Origin: an uncultured Gaiellaceae bacterium | GTDB lineage: Bacteria; Actinomycetota; Thermoleophilia; Gaiellales; Gaiellaceae | DNA length: 64,000 nucleotides | Reading direction: 5' to 3' | Assembly: GCA_963765705.1 (NCBI GenBank) | Contig: CAVXXJ010000007.1 | Span: 93,610-157,609, forward strand | Shown: positions 55,774-64,000 of the stretch, one piece after another | Layout: each line of letters begins with the position of its first letter | Position numbering within the stretch: the first letter of the stretch is position 1 | The notes under the pieces: generated by a model | The model's database searches: none | What the model was told of the DNA's origin: nothing | The model's input: the letters and a program-made list of their open reading frames with translations, nothing else | Position numbers and translations under genes: made by a program

Positions 55774-56774
55774 GAGAGCCTGATCCGAGGATTGAGGAGC
55801 CCGTAGGAGAGATCGACGATCAGGTTGACCAGCACGAAGACGAGCGCGATGAGGAGGATCCCGCCTTGCAGCACCGGATAGTTGCGTGCCTTGATCGCCT
55901 CGAGGAGCCAGCTGCCGATGCCCGGGTAAGCGAACACGGTCTCGGTCAGGATGGCCCCCGAGAGCAGCAGCCCCGTCTGGAGGCCGATGATGGTCGCGAT
56001 CGGCAGCATCGCGTTCCGGAGGATGTGCCTCGAGTCGACCGTCCTCGGTGAGACGCCCTTTGCCCGAGCCGTTCGCACGTAATCCTCGTTCTGGACGTCG
56101 AGCACGGCCGCCCGCGTGATCCGCGCGATGATCGCCAGCGGGATCGAGCCGAGTGCGACCGCGGGCAGGATCAGATGCTGGATCGTGTCCCAGAAGGCTT
56201 CGAAGTTGCCCGCCAGCAGCGCGTCGAGGACGTAGAAGTTGGTGGGGTGGTCGATGCTGATCAGCACGCTGATCCGCCCGACGGTGGGTAACAGCCCGAG
56301 CTTCACCGCGAAGATGTACTTGAGGATGATCGCGAGCACGAAGATCGGAATCGAGATCCCGAGCAGCGAGGCAACCAGGCTGAACTGGTCGAGGAAGCCG
56401 CCGTAGCGTTTTGCGGCCAGGAAGCCGAGCGGGATCCCGATCAGGATCGAGAAGAACATCGCGGCCACCGCCAGCTCGATCGTCGCCGGGAAGCGTTGCT
56501 TGAACTCGTCGAAGACGGGCCTCCGGGAGATGACCGAGTCGCCGAAGTCGAGCGACCCGAGCTGCTTCAGATAGGCCCAGTACTGCTCGTGGATCGGGTC
56601 ATTCAGGCCGTACTGCTCGTTGATCGCCGCGATCGCCTCGGGTGTCGCCCGCTCGCCGAGCAGCGTCGTGGCGGGGCTTCCCGGGAGCGCCCTGATCCAG
56701 AAGAAGACCAGGATCGAGACGCCGATCAGGATCGGAATCAGGAGCAAGAGCCGGCGGACGACGAAGCGCAGCAT
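55770..56774 (-). CDS. peptide ABC transporter permease (OppB/DppB type)
   Basis: MLRFVVRRLLLLIPILIGVSILVFF..GSPA: classic OppB N-terminus. 334 aa. Confidence 0.9.
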   Translation of the reverse strand: MLRFVVRRLLLLIPILIGVSILVFFWIRALPGSPATTLLGERATPEAIAAINEQYGLNDPIHEQYWAYLKQLGSLDFGDSVISRRPVFDEFKQRFPATIELAVAAMFFSILIGIPLGFLAAKRYGGFLDQFSLVASLLGISIPIFVLAIILKYIFAVKLGLLPTVGRISVLISIDHPTNFYVLDALLAGNFEAFWDTIQHLILPAVALGSIPLAIIARITRAAVLDVQNEDYVRTARAKGVSPRTVDSRHILRNAMLPIATIIGLQTGLLLSGAILTETVFAYPGIGSWLLEAIKARNYPVLQGGILLIALVFVLVNLIVDLSYGLLNPRIRLS

Positions 56775-56800
56775 GTCGTCCGCCGGACTCTAGCTTTCTC

Positions 56801-58516
56801 CTATTCCTCGATCGTGACTGTCGAGAACAGTTCGTTCGTCGTCGGGCTCGCGATGTAGCCCTTGATGTTCGCGCGGAACGCGAGCGCCGGCTTGGAGTGT
56901 GCGTAGGGGACGCCTGGCAGCTGGGTCATGATCTGCCGGTTCGCCTCCTGGTACAGCTCCTCGCGCTTGGACTGCTCGGTCTCGATCTCCGCGTCGTTCA
57001 GCAGCTTCTCGATCTCGGTGAGCGGCGTCGTCGTCGTTCCCCAGGCCTTCTGCGGGCTCTGGAAGAACGTGCCGATGAAGTTGTCCGCGTCACCGTAGTC
57101 GCCGGTCCAGCCGAGCATGCGCAGGTTGCCGGCGTTGCCTTCGTCCGCGCGACCCAGGTAGTCCGGGTTCCATGGAGCGCTCTTCGCGGTCACCTTGAAG
57201 CCCGACTTGTTCAGGCTCGCGGCGAACGCCTCGAAGTTCCGCTTCGGATCGGGCATGTACGGACGCGAGACGTCCGTCGGGTACCAGAACTCGAGCGGCA
57301 CCGGCAGCGTGTAGCCGGCGTCGGTCAGGATCTGCTTTGCCTTCTCCGGGTCGAAGGTGTACTCCGGGACGTCGTCGGCGTAGCCGACGACCTCGGGCGG
57401 CATGAACTGCGTCGCCACGACGGCGCGACCGGAGTAGAAGTTGTCCACGACCGCCTGGCGGTCGAGGCCGTACGCGATCGCCTCGCGCACCTTCACGTCG
57501 TCGGTCGGCTTCTTCGCGATGTTGAAGCCGACGTAGGCCACGTTGAACGCGGGCCGGTCGATGATCTGCAGCTCCGCGTCGCCTTCGATCGTCTGGATGT
57601 CCTGCGGCTCGACCAGGTCGTAGCCCTGGATCTCGCCCGTCTGCAGCGCCTGGAGGCGAGCAGCGTTGTCGGCGATCGGGCGGACGATCAGCTCGTCGAT
57701 CTTGGACTTCTCGCCCCAGTAGTCCTCGTACTTCTTCAGCACGAGCCGGTCGTTCCGCGTCCATGAGTCGAACTGGAACGGGCCGGTGCCGATCGGATGC
57801 TCGGTGCCGAAGGTCCCGCTCGCCGTGAAGACGCCATCCGCGTCCACGGTGCCCTCGTCGGCCTTGAACTCCGTCAGGGCCTTCGGGCTGGCGATCGAGA
57901 ATGCCTGCTGCGAGAGCGCCGGGATGAACGTCGCCGACGGCTTCGTCAGGGTCAGGACCGCGGTCGCCTCGTCGGTCGCCTCGCAGCTCTTGTAGAGGCT
58001 GTCCTCCGGAGCGCCGCTGTCCGGGTTGTAGGTCGCGAAGCCACCGAACACGACCTGCCAGTAGTACGTGGCGCCCGGGTTCTGTAGCGAGCCCTTGAAG
58101 TTGTACCAGCGGTCGAAGTTGAAGCAGACCGCCTCGGCATCCAGCGTCTCGCCGTCGTGGAACGTCACGCCTTGACGGATCTTGAACGTCCAGACGGTTC
58201 CGTCGTCGTTTGCCTCCCAGCTCTCGGCGAGCCCGGGCTCGGGCTCGGTCGTGCCGGGCTTGAGCGCGACGAGCGTCTCGAAGATCTGCGTGATCACGCG
58301 CAGCGACTCGCCGTCAGAGACGAGCGCGCCGTCGAGTGCGACCGGGTCGGACGCACCTGCGAAGACGAGCGTCCCGCCTTCCGTGCCGCCCGTGGCCTCG
58401 GTGGTCGCTCCTCCCGTCGTACCTGTCGTCTCGTCGTCGTCGCCGCCGCAGCCCGCCGCAAGGGCAAGCATCGCCACGACGAGCAGCATCAAAAGCCTGT
58501 GCCAAGTAATCCTCAA
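56801..58516 (-). CDS. ABC transporter substrate-binding lipoprotein, family 5 (peptide/nickel)
   Basis: Lipobox LALAAGC. SBP_bac_5-like body. The TTG at 58516 has AAGGAG 6 nt upstream (the ORF track start at 58531 is less likely). Confidence 0.85.
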   Translation of the reverse strand: MRITWHRLLMLLVVAMLALAAGCGGDDDETTGTTGGATTEATGGTEGGTLVFAGASDPVALDGALVSDGESLRVITQIFETLVALKPGTTEPEPGLAESWEANDDGTVWTFKIRQGVTFHDGETLDAEAVCFNFDRWYNFKGSLQNPGATYYWQVVFGGFATYNPDSGAPEDSLYKSCEATDEATAVLTLTKPSATFIPALSQQAFSIASPKALTEFKADEGTVDADGVFTASGTFGTEHPIGTGPFQFDSWTRNDRLVLKKYEDYWGEKSKIDELIVRPIADNAARLQALQTGEIQGYDLVEPQDIQTIEGDAELQIIDRPAFNVAYVGFNIAKKPTDDVKVREAIAYGLDRQAVVDNFYSGRAVVATQFMPPEVVGYADDVPEYTFDPEKAKQILTDAGYTLPVPLEFWYPTDVSRPYMPDPKRNFEAFAASLNKSGFKVTAKSAPWNPDYLGRADEGNAGNLRMLGWTGDYGDADNFIGTFFQSPQKAWGTTTTPLTEIEKLLNDAEIETEQSKREELYQEANRQIMTQLPGVPYAHSKPALAFRANIKGYIASPTTNELFSTVTIEE

Positions 58517-58628
58517 AATGTCTCCTTTCAATCCGGCACCCCCGGGTTCAGCGGGAGTATCCCTGCGTCATGCGCTCCGACGCAAATCCGCACAACGACG
58601 AAGGGCGGCCTCAGCCGCACATCTCCCT

Positions 58629-58668
58629 GCGCAAGACCTGAATCCGCGGAAGCGGATCCAGGTCGCGC
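58629..58668 (-). other. long imperfect hairpin (about 17 bp) between rpoD and the peptide-SBP gene
   Basis: GCGCGACCTGGATCCGC-TTCC-GCGGATTCAGGTCTTGCGC on the minus strand. One G-U pair and a 2-nt bulge. Confidence 0.4.
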
Positions 58669-58681
58669 AAAGACACCTGAA

Positions 58682-58698
58682 GGGCGGCTTCGCCGCCC
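58682..58698 (-). terminator. stem-loop GGGCGGC-GAA-GCCGCCC just downstream of the rpoD stop, with a weak T-rich tail
   Basis: Minus-strand reading: GGGCGGCGAAGCCGCCCTTCAGGTGTCTTT, 8 nt after the stop at 58706. Confidence 0.5.
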
Positions 58699-58705
58699 GG
58701 GCTCG

Positions 58706-59824
58706 TTATGCAGCCAGGCTTGCCAGATCACGCAGCGCAGCGAGCCGCGAGAGCGCCTGGCCCTCGAGCTGGCGGACGCGCTCGCGCGTCAGGTCGAGCT
58801 CGTGCCCGATCGCCTCGAGCGTCCACGGCTCGCCCTCGAAGCCGAACCGCAGCTCGAGGATTCGCCGCTCGCGCTCCGGAAGCGCGTCCAGCGCGCGGCG
58901 GACGCCCTGCTTGCGCAGCGACTCCTCCGCCTCGTCGAACGGGTCGGCGGCCTCGCGGTCGGCGAACAGGTCTCCGAGCTCGCCCTCGTCGTCGGCGCCG
59001 ACCGTCTGGTTCAGCGACACCGAGGCGTGGGCGGCGCCGAGCGCCTCGTCCACATGCTGGAGCGGCAGGCCGGTGGCCTCTGCGAGCTCTTCCTTCGTCG
59101 CCTCGCGGCCCAACTCGACCTCGAGCCGGCGCGCCGCGCGCGAGAGCTTCTGCTGCCGCTCGACGACGTGGACCGGCACGCGGATCGTCCGCGCGTGGTT
59201 CGCGACTGCGCGCTGCACCGACTGGCGGATCCACCAGGTCGCGTAGGTCGAGAACTTGAAGCCACGGCGCCAGTCGAACTTCTCGACCGCGCGGTTGAGG
59301 CCCAGCGTTCCCTCCTGGATCAGGTCGAGGAACGGCACGCCGAGGCCGCGGTAGCCCTTGGCGATCGAGACGACGAGCCGCAGGTTCGACTCGATCATCG
59401 TCCGCTTGGCGATCAGGTCGCCCTTCTCGATCTGCTTCGCGAGCTGCACCTCTTCGGCCGCGTTCAGCAGCTTGTGGCGGCCGACGTCGGCGAGGAAGAG
59501 CTGGAGGCTGTCGGCGGCGCCGGTCGCGACGGCGGCCACCGGGGCCGGCTCTGCGTCCGTGTCCTTGTCGGCGTCCTTTTCCTTGTCCTTGTCCTTGCCC
59601 GCGCGCGACTGCCCGACCTCGAGCCCGAGGGTCTCCAGCTCGCGGGTGAGCTGCTCCTGCTCCTCGTCGTTCAGGTCGTGCTCGAGCACGAACGCCTCGA
59701 ACTCCACGGGCTCGATGAACCCGCGCTCCTCCGAGCGTTCCACGAGCGCCTTGACCTGCTCCGACTCAATCAATTCGATCAGCTGGTTCTGCGTCAAAGA
59801 GAACGTCAACCCTTTCCGGCCCAT
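58706..59824 (-). CDS. rpoD: principal (group 1-like) RNA polymerase sigma-70 factor
   Basis: Region 1.1-like acidic N-terminus. Region 2 IESNLRLVVSIAKGY..DLIQEGTLGLNRAVEKFD..FSTYATWWIRQ. Region 4 ERERRILELRFG..TLEAIGHELDLTRERVRQLE. Confidence 0.9.
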   Translation of the reverse strand: MGRKGLTFSLTQNQLIELIESEQVKALVERSEERGFIEPVEFEAFVLEHDLNDEEQEQLTRELETLGLEVGQSRAGKDKDKEKDADKDTDAEPAPVAAVATGAADSLQLFLADVGRHKLLNAAEEVQLAKQIEKGDLIAKRTMIESNLRLVVSIAKGYRGLGVPFLDLIQEGTLGLNRAVEKFDWRRGFKFSTYATWWIRQSVQRAVANHARTIRVPVHVVERQQKLSRAARRLEVELGREATKEELAEATGLPLQHVDEALGAAHASVSLNQTVGADDEGELGDLFADREAADPFDEAEESLRKQGVRRALDALPERERRILELRFGFEGEPWTLEAIGHELDLTRERVRQLEGQALSRLAALRDLASLAA

Positions 59825-60051
59825 CTTCGCTGGGGGAAGCTACAAACTTACGCACCTTATGCTGTTTTTCCTCTTTTTGCCAGAGGTACCGGACCCTGAG
59901 GCCTGTCACAAAGTCAAAACGAGGAGCCGTGACTCTCTATTCCGGTGAGGGACGCTGATCGGTTTTTTGCGCGAGGCAGGCTAGCGCGCCTGAGTGCGCC
60001 CTCGTAGTGAAAGACGCAAATCGATACTGAAAGTTTGCGCTTTCGTTTCTC

Positions 60052-62644
60052 TTACGCCGCAGAACGCCTGCTGCCGCTGCGCTTCTTCTTCGGGGCGGGC
60101 CCCTTCGAGCGCCGGTCGGCGAGCAACTCGGCGGCCCGCTCGATCGTCACCGTCTCCGGCTCGTCGCCGCGGCGGAGGCTCGCATTCGTCTCGCCGTCGG
60201 TCACGTAGGGGCCGAAACGGCCCTCCTTGAGCAGGACCGGCTTGCCGCTGGCCGGGTCGGGCCCGAGGTCGCGTAGCGGCGGCTTCGCCTCCCCGCGGCC
60301 GCGGCGAGGCTTCGGCTGGGCCAGAAGCGCGAGCGCGTCTTCGAGCGTGATCGAGAACAGCTGCTCCTCCGCCTCGAGCGAGCGTGAGTCCGTGCCCTTC
60401 TTCACGTACGGGCCGTAGCGGCCGTTCTGCGCCGTCACCTCCTCGCCGTCCGCGGGGTCGACGCCGAGCGTGCGCGGCAGCGACAGCAACCGCACGGCCT
60501 CATCGAGCGTGACCGTCTCGGGCGCCATCGTCTTGAAGAGCGAGGCGGCGCGGGGCTTCTCGGTCGCGCCCTCCTCGAGCGTCTCCGTCACGTACGGGCC
60601 GTAGCGGCCGTTGCGCACCGAGATCTCGCGGTTCCACTCCGGATGGGTGCCGAGCGCCCGGTCGCCGGCCGGCGCCGAGAGCAGTTCCTGCGCCTTCTCG
60701 ACGGTCAGCTCGTCCGGCGCCATGTCCTCCGGCACGCTCGCGCGCTCCTCGCCGCGCTCGACATAGGGGCCGTAGCGGCCGACGCGGAGGACGATGCCCT
60801 CGCCGATCGGCAGCGTGTTCACCGCGCGCGCGTCGATCTCGGTCAGATCCCCGACGAGCGCGTGCAGGCCCGCGTCGCCCTCGGCGCCGCCGTAGTAGAA
60901 GTGGCGCAGCCAATCGACGCGCTCCTGGTCGCCTGCGGCGATCCGGTCGAGGTCATCCTCCATCTTCGCGGTGAAGTCGTAGTCGACGAGCTTCGTGAAG
61001 TGCTGCTCCAGCAGGCCGGTGACTGCGAAGGCGAGAAAGGACGGGACGAGCGCCGTGCCGCGCTTGAAGACGTAGCCGCGGTCGAGGATCGTGCCGAGGA
61101 TCGACGCGTAGGTCGACGGCCGGCCGATCCCGCGCTCCTCGAGCGCCTGGACGAGGCTCGCCTCCGTGAAACGGGCGGGCGGCGTGGTCGCGTGGCCCTC
61201 GGGCTCGAGCTCGAGCGCGCGCAGTTCGTCGCCGGGCTTCAGGTGCGGCAGCGGCCGCTCCTCTTCCTTCTCGGTGTCGTCGTCGCGGCTCTCCTCGTAG
61301 GCGGCGAGGAAGCCGCGGAACGTGATCACGGTGCCGGAGGCGGAGAACTCGGCGTCGCGGCCGCCCCCTCCAGCCGATTCAGCGCTCGTCGCGCCGAGCC
61401 TGAGCGTGACGGTCAGGCCGCGCGCATCGGCCATCTGCGAGGCGAGCGTGCGCTTCCAGATCAGGTCGTAGAGCGCAAGCTCGTCGCGGTTCAGCTCTCG
61501 CTCGAGGTCCTTCGGCGTCCGGAAGAAGTCGCCGGCGGGACGGATCGCCTCGTGAGCCTCCTGGGCGTTTTTCACCTTGCGCGCGTACTGCCGCGGCGCG
61601 TCCGGGATCGAGTCGGCGCCGTAGAGCTCGACGGCCTGCTTGCGCGCGGCCGCGAGCGCCGACTCGGAGAGCGTCGTCGAGTCGGTGCGCATGTACGTGA
61701 TGTAGCCGTTCTCGTACAGCCGCTGCGCGACGCGCATCGTCGTCTGCGCGGCATAGCGGAGCTTGCGGCTCGCCTCCTGCTGCAGCGTCGAGGTCATGAA
61801 CGGCGCGGCGGGGCGCCGCGTGTACGGCTTCTCGTCGGCGGAGCGGACGGCGAACGTGACTCCCTCGAGCCCGGACGCGAGCTCGCGCGCCTCGGCCTCG
61901 TCGAGGCGGGCCAGGTCGGCGGACTTGAGCGTGCCGTCCTGGGCGAAGTCGCGTCCCTGTGCGACGCGCTTCCCGTCGACGGCCGCGAGCTTCGCTTCGA
62001 ACGAGCCTGGGTCGAAGACGCCTCGGATGTCCCAGTAGCCGGCCGAGGTGAAGGCGCGTCGTTCGCGCTCGCGCTCGACGACGAGCCGCACGGCCACCGA
62101 CTGCACGCGGCCGGCGGAGAGGCCCTGCATCACCTTCTTCCAGAGCACGGGTGAGACCTCGTAGCCGTAGAGCCGGTCGAGGATCCGCCGCGTCTCCTGC
62201 GCGTCGACGAGCCGCTGGTCGACCGCTCGTGTCTCCCCGAGCGCCTTTTGGATCGCGTCGCGGGTGATCTCGTGGAAGACCATCCGGCGCACCGGCACCT
62301 TCGGCTGGAGGACCTCGAGCAAGTGCCAGGCGATCGCCTCGCCCTCGCGGTCTTCATCCGTCGCGAGCAGGAGCTCGTCGGCCGTCCTTCAGCAGCTTCT
62401 TCAGCTCGGTGACCTTCCCCTTCTTGTCCGAGTCGACGACGTAGAGCGGCTCGAACCCGTTCTCGACGTCGACGCCGAGCCGGGCCCAGGGTTCTTTCTT
62501 GAACTTCTCAGGGATCTCGGAGGCGCGGTTCGGGAGGTCGCGAATGTGGCCGATGCTCGATTCGACCACGTAGTCGCTGCCGAGATAGCCGGCGATGGTC
62601 TTCGCCTTCGCAGGGCTCTCGACGATCACCAATTTCTTTGCCAT
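60052..62644 (-). pseudogene. topA: DNA topoisomerase I, reading frame broken by a +1 indel near 62381-62387
   Basis: TOPRIM N-terminus [30 protein letters not shown] stops prematurely at 62354. The adjacent frame continues [35 protein letters not shown].. to 60052, with four GR(Y/F)GPYV C-terminal repeats. Length 2593 nt = 3n+1. Confidence 0.9.
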
Positions 62645-62705
62645 GGCGCGGGACACGTTAGCGGCCCACTGGGATACTCCTTGTGTGTCGCCCCGGCCGA
62701 GCCTC

Positions 62706-63299
62706 ATGTACCTCGCGATCGCAGGGCTCAGCTGGCCGCTGCTCTATGGGCTGTTTCGGCTCCGCGCCAGGGGCCGGGAGCACATTCCCACTGCGGGCGG
62801 CTTCGTGCTGGCGGCGAATCACAACTCGAACTTCGATCCGTGGCCGCTCGGGCTGACGCTCTTTCCTCGGCGCTACCTGCGCTTCATGGGGAAGTCGGAG
62901 CTCTTCTTCCCGCCGCTGAAGCAGATCGCGACGGCCGCGGGCGCGTTTCCCGTGCGCCGTGGACAGGCGGATCTCGAGGCGATGGAGACGGCGACGCAGC
63001 TCTGCCGCGAGGGGCATATCGTGGTCATGTTCCCGGAGGGCACCAGGCGCAAGAAGGGGTTGTGGAAGAAGCACGAGGCGCGGGCGCACACTGGTGCCGC
63101 GCGGATCGCGCTGGGCGCGAACGTGCCGCTCGTCCCGGCCGGGATCGTCGGCACCGACCGGCTCGGCCGCCTCGCGCAGCTGCGGGTGGCGTACGGCCCC
63201 GCGATCCGGCTCGACGACCTTGCCGGCCGCGAGGACGCACCGCAGGTCGCCACCGAACGCTTGATGGCCGCGATCGACGAGCTCGTGCGCTCTGCATGA
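62706..63299 (+). CDS. 1-acyl-sn-glycerol-3-phosphate acyltransferase-like (LPLAT family)
   Basis: ANHNSNFDP (HX4D motif) and FPEGTRR motif. ATG 62706. Confidence 0.8.
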   Translation: MYLAIAGLSWPLLYGLFRLRARGREHIPTAGGFVLAANHNSNFDPWPLGLTLFPRRYLRFMGKSELFFPPLKQIATAAGAFPVRRGQADLEAMETATQLCREGHIVVMFPEGTRRKKGLWKKHEARAHTGAARIALGANVPLVPAGIVGTDRLGRLAQLRVAYGPAIRLDDLAGREDAPQVATERLMAAIDELVRSA

Positions 63300-64000
63300 A
63301 GCCGCTCTTGATCGTCGACGGGGATTCGTTCGCGCACCGGTACTACCACGCACTCCCGAAGTCGATCCGCCGTGCCGACGGAGGCGGCGGGAACCTCGTC
63401 GACGGGGTAGGCGGCCTGCTGATTCGCCTCTGGGACGAAGAGGCTCCGCGGGCGGTTCTGGCGGCCTGGGACACGCTCACCGTGCCGACCTACCGGCACA
63501 CCGCCTTGCCCGCGTACCAGTCCGGACGCGAGTTCGACAAGGAGCTGCTCGATCAGCTCGACCTGATGCCACAGCTCGTCGAGGCGATGGGATTCGCCCC
63601 GGCGAAGGAGGCCGGCTACGAGGCCGACGATTTCCTCGCGGCCGGCGTGGCGTTCGAGGAAGCGCGGGGCGGCTCGGCGCTCGTCGCGAGCGGCGACCGC
63701 GACACGTTTCAGCTCGCGAGCGAGCGGACGACGATTCTGCAGCCGCAGATAGGCGGCGGTGCGCTGGCGCGGATCGGGCCGGCCGAGGTGCGGGAGCGCT
63801 ACGGCGTCGATCCGCCGCAGGTGCCCGACTTCATCGCGCTGCGCGGCGATCCCTCGGACAAGATCCCCGGCGCGCGCGGCGTCGGCCCCAAGACCGCGGC
63901 GTCACTGCTGGCGCAGTACGGCAGCCTCGAGTCGGCGCTCGCCGAAGGCCGGTTCGCGGCAGAGGCGGACGCGCTGCGGCTCTACCGCCACATCGCGACG
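63296..64000 (+). CDS. 5'-3' exonuclease / flap endonuclease (PolA N-terminal-domain type), 3' end outside the window
   Basis: My translation: [71 protein letters not shown] overlap with the upstream stop. Open to the window end. Confidence 0.75.
   Translation, partial: MKPLLIVDGDSFAHRYYHALPKSIRRADGGGGNLVDGVGGLLIRLWDEEAPRAVLAAWDTLTVPTYRHTALPAYQSGREFDKELLDQLDLMPQLVEAMGFAPAKEAGYEADDFLAAGVAFEEARGGSALVASGDRDTFQLASERTTILQPQIGGGALARIGPAEVRERYGVDPPQVPDFIALRGDPSDKIPGARGVGPKTAASLLAQYGSLESALAEGRFAAEADALRLYRHIAT

Noticed and set aside
59555-59605. Short GTCCTT-type tandem repetition. I considered a CRISPR-like or microsatellite feature.
   Set aside because: It encodes the low-complexity KDKDKEKDADKD linker between region 1.1 and region 2 of the sigma factor. 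It has no spacer-repeat architecture.
59825-60051. A GCGCG..CGCGC hairpin next to a T6/A6 run (about 59960-59995) as the terminator of topA.
   Set aside because: On the minus (topA) strand the hairpin is followed by an A-run, not a U-run. On the plus strand the T-run precedes the hairpin. Neither orientation fits an intrinsic terminator.
62354-62400. Programmed +1/-1 ribosomal frameshifting as the explanation for the split topA (and the GT genes).
   Set aside because: There is no slippery heptamer, rare-codon/SD stimulator or downstream pseudoknot-like structure at any junction. The junction contexts are unrelated to each other.
1-64000. Search for tRNA, rRNA, CRISPR arrays, and recognisable defence or toxin-antitoxin modules.
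   Set aside because: The intergenic gaps are almost all under 100 bp. The three larger gaps (49060-49400, 58532-58705, 59825-60051) lack tRNA T-arm or anticodon-arm patterns and lack repeat arrays. No ORF showed nuclease/ATPase/Cas-like or typical toxin motifs.

Overview
This is a very GC-rich (about 70% or more), tightly packed bacterial chromosome segment. The gene content looks Actinomycetota-like: F420 cofactor genes, a TopA with GRYGPYV C-terminal repeats, and leaderless-type promoters. That taxonomic placement is an inference. Positions 1.5-34.3 kb hold a very large cell-envelope glycan locus. It contains about 12 cytoplasmic glycosyltransferases (GT2 and GT4 types), 3 GT-C-like membrane proteins, 2 polyprenol-phosphate sugar synthase-like GT2s, 5 SAM methyltransferases, GDP-fucose synthase plus an NDP-sugar dehydratase, a WecA-like initiating enzyme with an unusual C-terminal fusion, a Wzx-like flippase, and a split Wzm/Wzt ABC exporter. 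hemE and hemH sit between wzm and wzt. After the locus come, in order: a PolX/PHP protein; an F420 operon (cofC-cofD-npdG-cofE); an FAD oxidase; a five-PAS hybrid histidine kinase convergent with a REC/HD-GYP regulator; a lower-GC stretch of about 4.4 kb (45.0-49.4 kb) made of two heavily decayed signalling genes; an SRPBCC-ArsR-NlpC/P60-LuxR operon; clpP; a five-gene Opp/Dpp peptide ABC operon; the principal sigma factor; topA; an acyltransferase; and a truncated 5'-3' exonuclease. The most striking sequence-level observation is the number of reading-frame breaks. At least 15 single-base indels outside the decayed island interrupt otherwise clear genes, and 11 of them fall in 6.4 kb of consecutive glycosyltransferase genes. 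One hits topA, which is normally essential. I cannot tell sequencing artefact from real decay without reads. I saw no rRNA, tRNA, CRISPR array, transposase or integrase, and no recognisable defence system.
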